64,000 nucleotides of DNA from Bacteroidota bacterium (GTDB lineage Bacteria; Bacteroidota; Ignavibacteria; UBA10030; UBA8401): the NCBI GenBank assembly GCA_035298825.1, contig DATGXR010000444.1, positions 5,819-69,818 of the forward strand. Reading direction: 5' to 3'. Within the stretch, counting starts at the first letter, position 1; every line of letters begins with the position of its first letter. The notes below the pieces were generated by a model. The model was not told where the DNA came from and ran no database searches. It worked only from the letters and a program-made list of their open reading frames with translations. Below, in pieces: positions 9,212 through 17,981 of the stretch. Made by a program: the position numbers and the translations under genes.

Positions 9212-12049
9212 CTAGATGTTGACATCCATGCCGATTCGATACTGGATGGGCGGTGCGAACGTCGCGCCTGTGATGCCGCCGAGTTCAATCGCCGCTCCGG
9301 GAATAAAGCTCAACTCCGGATCGACGTACGTCGTCTTCGTTCCAAAGATCGCAACGTTGCGCACGCTCGCATTAAGCGAGATACCGTTCAGGATACCGGC
9401 CGGAATCTTGTAGCGCAGCGAAATTTCGCGCAGCTTGATCCAGTCGCCGTTTTCCAACAGAATGCTTGACGCCGTGTTGCGGTTGTAGGGACGCGCCGGA
9501 TCGGCCGAGACGGGCAGCTTCGCTATAGCGTCGGGATAGAGTCCCGGCACATTCAACGCATTGACGATCTGACGCGAGAGCGACTGATTCAGGATCTGGT
9601 GGCCCAAGGCGAATTCGCCGAAGGCGGTGATGGACAGATTCTTGAACAAGACAAGATCGATTCCAACGGCGCCCGTCTGCTTCGGCGTGGGATTGCCCAG
9701 GTAGCGCTCGTCGTAATTGCCCTTATATGTGCCGTCGGCTTCAAGTCTCGGGACGTTGACGCGGATAATCCCGATCGGCTTTCCTTCTTCAACGCGCATC
9801 GGCGCAAAGGAGAATCCGGCAATCGTGAATCCCGCTGCACCGCCAAGACTGGTCGCCTCGTTCGTGAGTGTGGCGACAGAGGCGCGCACATTGATATCGA
9901 AGTCTTCGCTTTGCAGAACCTGCGCCCGCATCGCCAGCTCGATGCCGCTATTCTTGATCTTGCCCACATTGCGGCGCTGATTGCCGAATCCGCCTGCGGG
10001 ATCTTCGGCAACGTTGAACAACGCGTCCTTCGTGGTCTGCGTGAAGTACGTGAACTCGAGTCCGATGCGGTCATCGAGCAAGCCCATATCGAATCCCGCA
10101 TCGATCGACGAGGTGCGCTCGGGTCCCAGAAGCGGATCGCCGGCGTTGTTGAACGAGATGGCCGATTCGTTCAGATAGACATTCGAGACGTATGTGCGGT
10201 CGCGCGTGAACGGCGGCGGGAAGTTGCCGGTTTCGCCCCAGGCGGCGCGCACCTTGAAGCTGCTCACAACGGATTTGACCATCTCGGGATAATACGGCTC
10301 TTCGCTCACATTGTATGCCACGCCGATTTTCGGATAGGTTTGCAAACCGACGTCCTTGCCGAATGTCGAGTTGCCGTCCAACCGCAGACCGAGATCGATG
10401 AACACTCTGTCTGCAATGCCGACCTGATGCTGCGCGTAGAAGCCGTAGCTGAAGAGCTGACGGTTATCCTCCTGGGCATCGATCACCGAGGCGTTGTCGA
10501 AGTCGGTCGTGCCCGGGATCTTGAAATTCTGTCCCTGTCCGTATGACTCGTGATCGTCGACGCGGAAGCCCTGCGCGCCCAGGGAGAACGTCTGCGAAAA
10601 GACGCCGAGTTCCGGCAACTTGTACGATCCGGCATAGGCCATTGTCGTGGTGATGTATTCGCGCTGCGACGCGCTTAAGCCGCCGCCCGGCGAGCCCAGA
10701 AAATCGCCCGCCGAGATCGGCGTGAACTGGCGGTCCTCGCTTCGACGGTAGTCGATGCCGACCGTGAATTTATTATTCCATCCGGGCATCGGCGCATAAT
10801 TGAAATTGATCGCGTTGATGAAGCGATTCGAGCGCTCTGTGATGCCGGGCAGAAAATACAGCGCAAGGAGGCTGTCCGGATTCGATGTGACAAGCGGATC
10901 GAAGAGGCCCTCGATCTCGATATCGCTGATGAGTGCGCCGCCCGCGTTGTCGTTGATCATGCGATTGTAGACCGAGTGCGAAAAGCTGGCCGACACTTCG
11001 AGGCTCGATTCGTTCGACAAGAGCGCACGCAAACCGGAGCCGAGCACATACTGCTGATCCTGCAGCTTGTCATGCGGAATGATGCCGCGGCCCTGCGACA
11101 TCCTTCCCGAAGCGGTATAGGTGATGATATCCGAACCGCCGGTGACAGCCGCGCTGTACGATTGGTACTGGCCGTTCTGGAACGCATGATCTTTTGTGTA
11201 CTGTTGCTGAATGAATTTTTCTTCGGGCACGTCGTAGCCCGTTGTCGCGTTGAAGCGCCACCGGGGCGGACCCGGGATGCCTTTTTTCGTGAAGATCTGT
11301 ATGACGCCGTTGGCCGCTTCCGATCCGTAGAGGGTCGAGCCGGCGCCGCCTTTAATCACTTCAACACGATCGATCTCGCCGGTGACGATATCCGAAAGCG
11401 ACGAGGTGACCTGTCCGCCGGTGCCGAATGAGAGCCTGTAGTTCTCGCGATTGTCGAGGCGGATGCCGTCGATATAGATCACGGGCGTCGTCGTTGAAAG
11501 CGCGCTCTTGATGCCGCGCGTGGCAAGGCGTGCGCCCGAGCCCGGCATGCCCGACGGGGCAAACGAGCTTAATCCCGGCACGCGTCCCTGCAGCAGCTGA
11601 TCGACCGAGCGCACAGGCGCCGCTTCGATTTCGCGGGCTGAGATCGTTTCGACCGATGAGGCGAGCTTGCGCTTCTCGGTGGCAACGCCCTGGCCGGTGA
11701 CGACAACCGTGTTCATCTGCACGCTTGTGGCGACGAGGCCGAAATCGAGTTTGGCGCTTTTACCTGCCGTCACGCTTGCCTGCTTCGTCATCGATCGATA
11801 GCCGACAAAACTCGCGGTGACAGAATATGATCCGGCCGCAATATTTTTTACGACATAATTTCCGTTCACATCTGTTGTCGTGCCGCGCACTGTTCCCGTG
11901 ACCATCACGTTCACACCGGGAAGTGTTTCTCCGGTTGCGCCGTCGGTCACCGTGCCACGGATCTCGCTATTTTCCTGGGCCCCTGCCCAACTCGCTATCG
12001 CGGCGACAAAGAGACAAGTGGTAAAGAATCGTTTAATCAAACAATGCAT
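9212..12049 (-). CDS. SusC/RagA-like TonB-dependent receptor with N-terminal carboxypeptidase-regulatory-like domain
   Basis: 945 aa. Signal peptide, IRGTVTDGATGETLPGVNVMV…DVNGNYVV (CarbopepD_reg), plug and 22-strand barrel composition. AGGAGGAA SD before the start. Confidence 0.9.
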   Translation of the reverse strand: MHCLIKRFFTTCLFVAAIASWAGAQENSEIRGTVTDGATGETLPGVNVMVTGTVRGTTTDVNGNYVVKNIAAGSYSVTASFVGYRSMTKQASVTAGKSAKLDFGLVATSVQMNTVVVTGQGVATEKRKLASSVETISAREIEAAPVRSVDQLLQGRVPGLSSFAPSGMPGSGARLATRGIKSALSTTTPVIYIDGIRLDNRENYRLSFGTGGQVTSSLSDIVTGEIDRVEVIKGGAGSTLYGSEAANGVIQIFTKKGIPGPPRWRFNATTGYDVPEEKFIQQQYTKDHAFQNGQYQSYSAAVTGGSDIITYTASGRMSQGRGIIPHDKLQDQQYVLGSGLRALLSNESSLEVSASFSHSVYNRMINDNAGGALISDIEIEGLFDPLVTSNPDSLLALYFLPGITERSNRFINAINFNYAPMPGWNNKFTVGIDYRRSEDRQFTPISAGDFLGSPGGGLSASQREYITTTMAYAGSYKLPELGVFSQTFSLGAQGFRVDDHESYGQGQNFKIPGTTDFDNASVIDAQEDNRQLFSYGFYAQHQVGIADRVFIDLGLRLDGNSTFGKDVGLQTYPKIGVAYNVSEEPYYPEMVKSVVSSFKVRAAWGETGNFPPPFTRDRTYVSNVYLNESAISFNNAGDPLLGPERTSSIDAGFDMGLLDDRIGLEFTYFTQTTKDALFNVAEDPAGGFGNQRRNVGKIKNSGIELAMRAQVLQSEDFDINVRASVATLTNEATSLGGAAGFTIAGFSFAPMRVEEGKPIGIIRVNVPRLEADGTYKGNYDERYLGNPTPKQTGAVGIDLVLFKNLSITAFGEFALGHQILNQSLSRQIVNALNVPGLYPDAIAKLPVSADPARPYNRNTASSILLENGDWIKLREISLRYKIPAGILNGISLNASVRNVAIFGTKTTYVDPELSFIPGAAIELGGITGATFAPPIQYRIGMDVNI

Positions 12050-12113
12050 CGTGGTTCCTCCTGTGTATATCGTGACTGGATTACAACCGAATGAATAGAT
12101 AGAGTGGGACCGC

Positions 12114-12506
12114 TTACTGTCGATGGGCTCCGGCCGCAGTCGTTGTTGTCGAGGCCGTTGTAAGATTGAGCGCCTGCGAAAACGTGGAAAGCGAACCTCT
12201 CACGACAGAGCGCAGCCGCGCATTTTCTTCTTCGAGCCTGCGCGCCCTGTCGTCGTCAACATACATGCGTCGGCTTTGCACCATGTGGCGCGTGTCGTTT
12301 GCAAGCAGCCAATGGAGATCGCATCCGAGCTCCATCAGTTTCAGCAGCATGCCCGCGCCGGGCAGACTTCTGCTGTTGAGATAGCCAGAGTGCAGCGTCA
12401 CCGGATTCATGCCAAGAGCAGCGGCAAACTCTTTGATCGTTCCGAACTTCTGCAATCCGAACGCCCGTAATTTCCGGGCCACTTCTTTTTTATCTGGACC
12501 GTTCAT
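12114..12506 (-). CDS. XRE/CI-like helix-turn-helix transcriptional regulator with C-terminal coiled coil
   Basis: …FGTIKEFAAALGMNPVTLHSGYLNSRS… HTH, then a leucine-rich heptad segment. Start moved to the ATG at 12506, preceded by GGTGGAGGAA. Confidence 0.7.
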   Translation of the reverse strand: MNGPDKKEVARKLRAFGLQKFGTIKEFAAALGMNPVTLHSGYLNSRSLPGAGMLLKLMELGCDLHWLLANDTRHMVQSRRMYVDDDRARRLEEENARLRSVVRGSLSTFSQALNLTTASTTTTAAGAHRQ

Positions 12507-12569
12507 CACAACATTCCTCCACCTCATTTGATTTGAGTATTGATGAGTATTTTCGCTTCTTCTGTGTGA

Positions 12570-12581
12570 TTACAATTGTAA
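12570..12581. promoter_or_regulatory. perfect 12-bp palindrome TTACAATTGTAA, about 64 bp upstream of the XRE regulator, in the divergent intergenic region
   Basis: Read directly from the sequence. Located between divergently transcribed XRE (minus) and OmpR-type regulator (plus) genes. Candidate autoregulatory operator. Confidence 0.4.
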
Positions 12582-12887
12582 AATACGAGCGCCGACATTC
12601 GTGCAAAACAATTATGGGACGAACAGCGTCCATTGTGTGATGAACACGCAAATTCGCGTGATCAGATCGCCTGTGGACGCGCCCTGAATAAATGTGATTA
12701 TCGACACACAGAGGTGACTCGCGACTTGTTTCTTTTCTCCAACTTTGCTATCATTTTAAGTACGTGGCTGAACTCGGGAAAGATGAAAAGAGCGAGAGCC
12801 CCGCATGCGGATGAGAGACAGAGAAGTTGCATAGACGGATGAAGAATTGGATCACAAAAATCTTCACACACCGGGGGAAGAACTTCG

Positions 12888-13586
12888 ATGACGAACCAAC
12901 CGACTAAACTGAATATCTCCATACTCCTCGTTGAAGACGAGAAGCGGCTTGCCCGCTCGGTCGAACGTCAGTTGATACGCGCCGGATACGATGTGGCGCT
13001 CGCGTTCGACGGCGTGACTGCATCGCAGATGATCACGTCGCAGGAGTTTCATCTTGTGCTGCTCGATCTGAACCTCCCTCAGAAATCCGGACTCGAAGTG
13101 CTGCGCGAGCTCCGCACGCAATCGTACACGACTCCCGTACTGATTCTCTCGGCGCGCGACGGCATCGAGGACCGGATCCAGGGTCTGGAGATCGGCGCCG
13201 ACGATTACCTGACCAAACCGTTTGATTCGGGCGAGCTCTTCGCGCGCATTCATGCAATACTGCGCCGATCGGGACTGCTGCGGGCGAACATTCTCCAAGC
13301 CGGCGATTTGACGATGGACGTGATCAAGCGCGTCGTCAAGCGCAACGAAAAAGTGATCTCACTGACGCAGACCGAATTCGCACTGCTTGAATTTTTTCTG
13401 CGCAACAAAAATACGATCCTCACGCGCAAGCGCATTGCCGAACAGGTCTGGGGATATAAATTCGAGACCGGCACGAACATCGTTGATGTGTACATGAGTT
13501 ATCTGCGCGATTCGATCGATAAGGATTTTTCAAAGAAGCTCATTCATACAGTCCGCGGCGAAGGGTTCATCATCAAGGAAGAGTGA
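12888..13586 (+). CDS. OmpR-family response regulator (REC + winged-helix Trans_reg_C)
   Basis: ILLVEDE…LLDLNLPQKSG…ADDYLTKPF receiver. C-terminal …LTQTEFALLEFFLRNKNTILTRKRIAEQVWGY…VDVYMSYLR… winged helix. Confidence 0.95.
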   Translation: MTNQPTKLNISILLVEDEKRLARSVERQLIRAGYDVALAFDGVTASQMITSQEFHLVLLDLNLPQKSGLEVLRELRTQSYTTPVLILSARDGIEDRIQGLEIGADDYLTKPFDSGELFARIHAILRRSGLLRANILQAGDLTMDVIKRVVKRNEKVISLTQTEFALLEFFLRNKNTILTRKRIAEQVWGYKFETGTNIVDVYMSYLRDSIDKDFSKKLIHTVRGEGFIIKEE

Positions 13587-13654
13587 GATCATTCAACCGG
13601 CGACCGTTTGGGTTTAAACACCGAACACGCATTATTGATCATCACACCACACCA

Positions 13655-13663
13655 CCCCCCCCC
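13655..13663. repeat. poly-C9 homopolymeric tract immediately abutting the start codon of the REC-PAS-HK gene
   Basis: …CACCACACCACCCCCCCCC-ATG. No SD is present for this gene. Confidence 0.6.
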
Positions 13664-16600
13664 ATGGAACGTGCGCACATACTGATTGTCGAAGACGAGC
13701 TGATTGTCGCCAAAGGGATCGAGTCTGATCTGAAAAGTTACGGCTACATGATTGACGGCATCGCCCGATCGTCCACCGCTGCGCTTGAGGCCGTGGCCGC
13801 GTCGCATCCCGATGTGATTTTGATGGACATCAAACTCTCGGGACAGATGGACGGCATCGAAGTCGCCGAGCATGTCATGCGATGCAACGATATTCCCGTG
13901 ATCTTCATCTCGGCCTACTCCGACGAGGCCACGCTCCAACGCGCCAAGGAAATCACCCCCTACGGCTACCTCTTAAAACCCTTCGAGTCCAAAGAGCTCT
14001 ACACGACAATCGAGATGGCGCTCTATAAGCATCGGATGGAGCGCCGGCTTAAAGACAGCGAACGCAGGCTGCGCCTGATCACCGACAGTATGCTCGATAT
14101 GGTGAGCGAAGTCGATCGCGAGGGCATGTTCACTTATCTGAGTCCTTCGCATAAACAGGTGCTCGGGTACGAGGATGAAGAGCTGATGCATCACCCGGTC
14201 GAGACGCTGTTTCATCCGGAGGACGTCGAGCGCGTGCGCGGCAGACTCGAGCAGGCCTTTGCTGAGGAACACGATCACATTACGCTTGAGATACGACTGC
14301 GTCACAAGGCCGGACACTATTTATGGCTCGAGGCGAATTGCAGCCGGATGCTCGATGCGAGCGGCGGACTCATCGGCGCCGTGATCGGCTCGCGCGATAT
14401 CACGGCAAAGCACGAAGTTGAAGAGCGCATGCACCGCAGCCAGGCCCAGCTTTCAAGCCTGATCGGCTCGGCGATGGACGCGATCATCATCACCGACGAG
14501 GAGCGCAAGATCGTCTTGTTCAACGCCTCGGCCGAATCGATTTTCAAATGCACGGCCGCCGAGGCGATCGGTCACACGATCAATCGCTTCATTCCCCCGG
14601 CGCTGCGCGAGAAGCACGACAGCTACATTCGCTCCTTCGCTGCGGTGGGCGAAGAGTACAGACGCTTCACTGGCATGATGACAAAGGCCCGGGCCATCCG
14701 CGCCACGGGCGAAGAATTTCCATTCGAGGCCACAGTATCCAAGACCGTGACCGACGGCAAGCGGTACTTCACGGTCATTCTGCGCGATGTGACAGAGCAC
14801 AAGCGGGCCGAGGATGCTCTTCGCGCAAGCGAGGAACGCTATCGCCTGGTGGTCACACAGATGCCGGCGCAGCTCTGGACGACAGATTTACATCTGCACT
14901 TCACCTCGACGCAGGGCATCGGCTTCCACACAATCGGCGTCGAACCCAACCAACTGGACGGTCTGGCCATACAACAGTTCTTCAATACAAGCGATCCATT
15001 GTATGCGCCGATTGCCGCACACCGGCGCGCGTTGGCCGGCGAGTCTCTCAATTACGAAGTCACGATCAACGGCCACACGTTCGAGGGCCATGTCGAACCG
15101 CTGCGCAATGCCCAGCAGGTCATCATCGGCACACTCGGTGTCGCCTTCGACATTACCGAGCGCAAATTTGCCGAAGAGGAACTGCAGAGGGAACGCAATC
15201 TGCTGCGGACGATCATCGAGGCCATTCCTGATGAAGTCTACGTCAAAGACCGTAACTGCCGGATGATTCTTGCCAACCGCACGGCGCTGCGTCAGTGCGG
15301 TGTGGCGACGGTCGACGAGATCCTGGGAAAAACCGACGTCGACTTGTTCGGCACTCCGATCGCCGAACAGCATCTGCGCGACGAACAGAAACTGATCGCC
15401 ACGGGCGTCCCCATGCTCAATGTGGAAAACAACCGCTATCATCCTGAAACCGGTTTTCTGCAGCGCTCGATTCTGATCTCAAAATATCCTCTGCGCGATG
15501 TCCAAGGCGGCATCATCGGACTCGTCGGTATTAACCGCGACAACACCGCCCGGCGACGGTCGATTGAGCAGATCCGCCGGGCTAATCTGGTGATCGAAAA
15601 CACGGACACGGTGATTTTCATCTGGCGCCACTCGCCCGACTTGGCGGTTGAATATGTCTCGAACAATATCTCGATCTTTGGATACACGCAAAGCGAACTC
15701 ATTGGCGGCGCAATTTCATTCTTATCGATCATTCACCCGAAAGATGCGCCCATGGTGCTCGAGCCCGCCGCCGGGCACACGAAGTCCCGTTCCTACCACT
15801 TGAAAGGCGACTTCCGGATCATCTGCAAGAACGGGGAGACACGCTGGGTTTCGTCGCGCACGAACACTGTCCGCAATTCGCATGGTGACGTGACGCATTA
15901 TGAAGGTCTGCTGGAAGATATCACCGAGCGCAAGCGCACAGAACATTCCCTGCAGCTCACGCAATTCTCGGTCGACCATGCCTCGGATTCCGTGTTTTGG
16001 ATCAGCAACACGGGAACATTCGTCTATGTGAACCGGGCTGCGTGTCGGCAGCTTGGGTACACAAGCGAGGAACTCCGCGCCCTTTCCATTCCCGACATCG
16101 ACACACAGTTAACGACCGCCAAGCTCTGGTCGCTTTGGCACGCATGCGAGGCGGCAGGCGACGCGGCGCTCAATTTTGATACAATTCATCGCTCGAAAAC
16201 CGGCGAGGAAATACCGGTTGAAGTCACCATCAACCGTATGGAGTTCGGCGACGTTGAATATTTTTTCGCTTCTGTGCGAAATATAAAAAAGCGCAAAGAA
16301 GCCGAGGAAGCATTACGCACATCGGTGACAAACGCGCTAAAGTTTTCAACACTTGCCGCACACGAACTCAGAACTCCCCTGGCCGTCATCCGGCATCAGT
16401 TGGAGGAAACGCTGACACAGGGCACGCCGGCGAAAAAGCTGCGTGAAACGATCACCACGGTTTACGACGAGATGCTCAACCTCTCCAATATTGTCGCCGA
16501 CCTTTTAAATCTAAGCAAGATGCAGGCCGGCAATTTCGAACTGCGTTCGGAGCGCATCGCGCTCCATACGCTGATACAGGAATTCTACGACGAGGCCCTC

Positions 16601-17032
16601 TTTTTATCGCGCCCGAAAGATATCACGATCGTTCTGAAGAAATTTCCCAAAGCATTCATCAATGCTGATGTGCCGCGCCTGCGCCAGGTGCTTTTCAATC
16701 TTTTAGACAACGCGCTGAAGCACACTCCCCCGCATCGTCAGATCCGCTTCGGGTATACGATCACTGAGACCGCCGCCCGGCTCTATTTCGAAGATACGGG
16801 CGAAGGCATCGTTCCCGAAAAACTTGCACGGATCTTCGATCCATATTACCGGGCGGGCGAGGATCTCGACAAATCGGATGGTATTGGCCTTGGATTGACG
16901 CTTGTGAAGTGGATCGTTGAACTCCACCATGGCACGATTAGCGTTGAAAGCATCCCCGATAAAGGCACATCCTTTTTCATCACCCTGCCGTTGGACCTGA
17001 CCGCGCCGCTGGCGTCGCCTGCGTCGCAGTGA
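13664..17032 (+). CDS. hybrid signalling protein: N-terminal receiver, about five PAS/PAC domains, HisKA, HATPase_c
   Basis: MERAHILIVEDE…ILMDIKLSGQMDG receiver. Repeated PAS-like blocks. H-box AAHELRTPLAVI. N-box LLDNALKHT. G-boxes DTGEGI / GIGLGL. Start set at the ATG at 13664, because the longer ORF from 13583 overlaps the OmpR gene. Confidence 0.9.
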   Translation: MERAHILIVEDELIVAKGIESDLKSYGYMIDGIARSSTAALEAVAASHPDVILMDIKLSGQMDGIEVAEHVMRCNDIPVIFISAYSDEATLQRAKEITPYGYLLKPFESKELYTTIEMALYKHRMERRLKDSERRLRLITDSMLDMVSEVDREGMFTYLSPSHKQVLGYEDEELMHHPVETLFHPEDVERVRGRLEQAFAEEHDHITLEIRLRHKAGHYLWLEANCSRMLDASGGLIGAVIGSRDITAKHEVEERMHRSQAQLSSLIGSAMDAIIITDEERKIVLFNASAESIFKCTAAEAIGHTINRFIPPALREKHDSYIRSFAAVGEEYRRFTGMMTKARAIRATGEEFPFEATVSKTVTDGKRYFTVILRDVTEHKRAEDALRASEERYRLVVTQMPAQLWTTDLHLHFTSTQGIGFHTIGVEPNQLDGLAIQQFFNTSDPLYAPIAAHRRALAGESLNYEVTINGHTFEGHVEPLRNAQQVIIGTLGVAFDITERKFAEEELQRERNLLRTIIEAIPDEVYVKDRNCRMILANRTALRQCGVATVDEILGKTDVDLFGTPIAEQHLRDEQKLIATGVPMLNVENNRYHPETGFLQRSILISKYPLRDVQGGIIGLVGINRDNTARRRSIEQIRRANLVIENTDTVIFIWRHSPDLAVEYVSNNISIFGYTQSELIGGAISFLSIIHPKDAPMVLEPAAGHTKSRSYHLKGDFRIICKNGETRWVSSRTNTVRNSHGDVTHYEGLLEDITERKRTEHSLQLTQFSVDHASDSVFWISNTGTFVYVNRAACRQLGYTSEELRALSIPDIDTQLTTAKLWSLWHACEAAGDAALNFDTIHRSKTGEEIPVEVTINRMEFGDVEYFFASVRNIKKRKEAEEALRTSVTNALKFSTLAAHELRTPLAVIRHQLEETLTQGTPAKKLRETITTVYDEMLNLSNIVADLLNLSKMQAGNFELRSERIALHTLIQEFYDEALFLSRPKDITIVLKKFPKAFINADVPRLRQVLFNLLDNALKHTPPHRQIRFGYTITETAARLYFEDTGEGIVPEKLARIFDPYYRAGEDLDKSDGIGLGLTLVKWIVELHHGTISVESIPDKGTSFFITLPLDLTAPLASPASQ

Positions 17033-17081
17033 ACGCTGATCGTCGCCGCCGCTGGCGGGACGTGTGTGAGACCTTCTTTCC

Positions 17082-17115
17082 TTAGAAGTTTCTAACATAT
17101 ATTAGAAAGTTCTAA
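17082..17115. promoter_or_regulatory. tandem palindromic operator: TTAGAA-GT-TTCTAA, 6-bp spacer, TTAGAA-AG-TTCTAA, followed by TTTGCTT (-35-like) and TATCAT (-10-like)
   Basis: Two perfect TTAGAA/TTCTAA inverted repeats with 20-bp centre-to-centre spacing, 85 bp upstream of the REC-DHp gene. The same architecture recurs at 26278-26311. Confidence 0.5.
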
Positions 17116-17200
17116 TTTGCTTGCAGTGTCGAATCTCCCTATCATTATACTGTAACCTGAACACTAATCTTTCTTACGGACACATCACCAGAAAACGACA

Positions 17201-17959
17201 ATGCCGGCACTTCACCTGCTGTTGATTGATGACGAAGATTCATTTCGACGCACATTCCAACAGACACTTACTTCCCAGGGATACACGGTCGATGTCTGCA
17301 CATCTGGCCAGCAGGCGCTCGACGTCCTTTCACACTCGAGGTTCGATGTCGTACTCCTGGACCATTCAATGCCCGAGATGACCGGCTTGAACGTCCTGCA
17401 GTGGATCCACGATCGGAAGATCGACGTTCCCGTCATCCTGTTGACCGGTCCTGGCATGGAAAGCGTGGCGACGCGCGGACTGAAACTCGGCGCGTATGAT
17501 TATTTGCGCAAGGATTATTTCGAATATAATCATATTCCGATCATCATCGACGGCGTGTACGAACGCTATCTCTTCCGCAAGGACCAGGAGTCGCGCGCGT
17601 TGTTGGAGAAGAAAAAGGAAAAGCAGCTTCCCTCACTCGAGATGTTGCGCGATACAGTCACATCGATTGCGCACATCGTCAATACAAATCTCTCGGTAAT
17701 CTCACTCAACATCGAAGAGCGCGCCCACGAACTTGAGGCGTTCATCTCGAATGAAGGCAAGGAGTATCTTGAAAAGGCCAACAGCGAAATGAAGCAGGAA
17801 TACAACCTCATTTCTTTGGTAAGCAAATCACTGATTGATCTTTCGCATGTTATGTACGAGCGGTTCAAAGGTGTCCAGGATACGCGGATGTTCGAAGAGG
17901 AAATGCAGAATAAAATCAAGACCATACAACGCGAGCACTCCGAGACGATGGAACTCTGA
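17201..17959 (+). CDS. response-regulator receiver fused to a C-terminal DHp/HisKA-like helical domain; no ATPase domain
   Basis: Receiver with all key residues (LLIDDED, phospho-Asp in LLDHSMP, T in LLTGPG, K in YLRKD). The C-terminal 110 aa are coiled-coil, with …TSIAHIVNTNLSVISL… resembling the HisKA H-box (SHELRTPLTAI). Confidence 0.8.
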   Translation: MPALHLLLIDDEDSFRRTFQQTLTSQGYTVDVCTSGQQALDVLSHSRFDVVLLDHSMPEMTGLNVLQWIHDRKIDVPVILLTGPGMESVATRGLKLGAYDYLRKDYFEYNHIPIIIDGVYERYLFRKDQESRALLEKKKEKQLPSLEMLRDTVTSIAHIVNTNLSVISLNIEERAHELEAFISNEGKEYLEKANSEMKQEYNLISLVSKSLIDLSHVMYERFKGVQDTRMFEEEMQNKIKTIQREHSETMEL

Positions 17960-17981
17960 AGACAGGAAAGGCATCCCTTCC

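Noticed and set aside
9200-9413. GGAGGAG followed by ATG and a 65-aa plus-strand ORF
   Set aside because: It lies across the 3' end of the SusC-like gene. The SD-like string is the reverse complement of the coding/stop region; no protein-like features.
17116-17200. Searched for a sigma54 -24/-12 element downstream of the palindromic boxes at the REC-DHp/EBP operon
   Set aside because: No GG-N10-GC with correct spacing. A sigma70-like TTGCTT-17-TATCAT is present instead.
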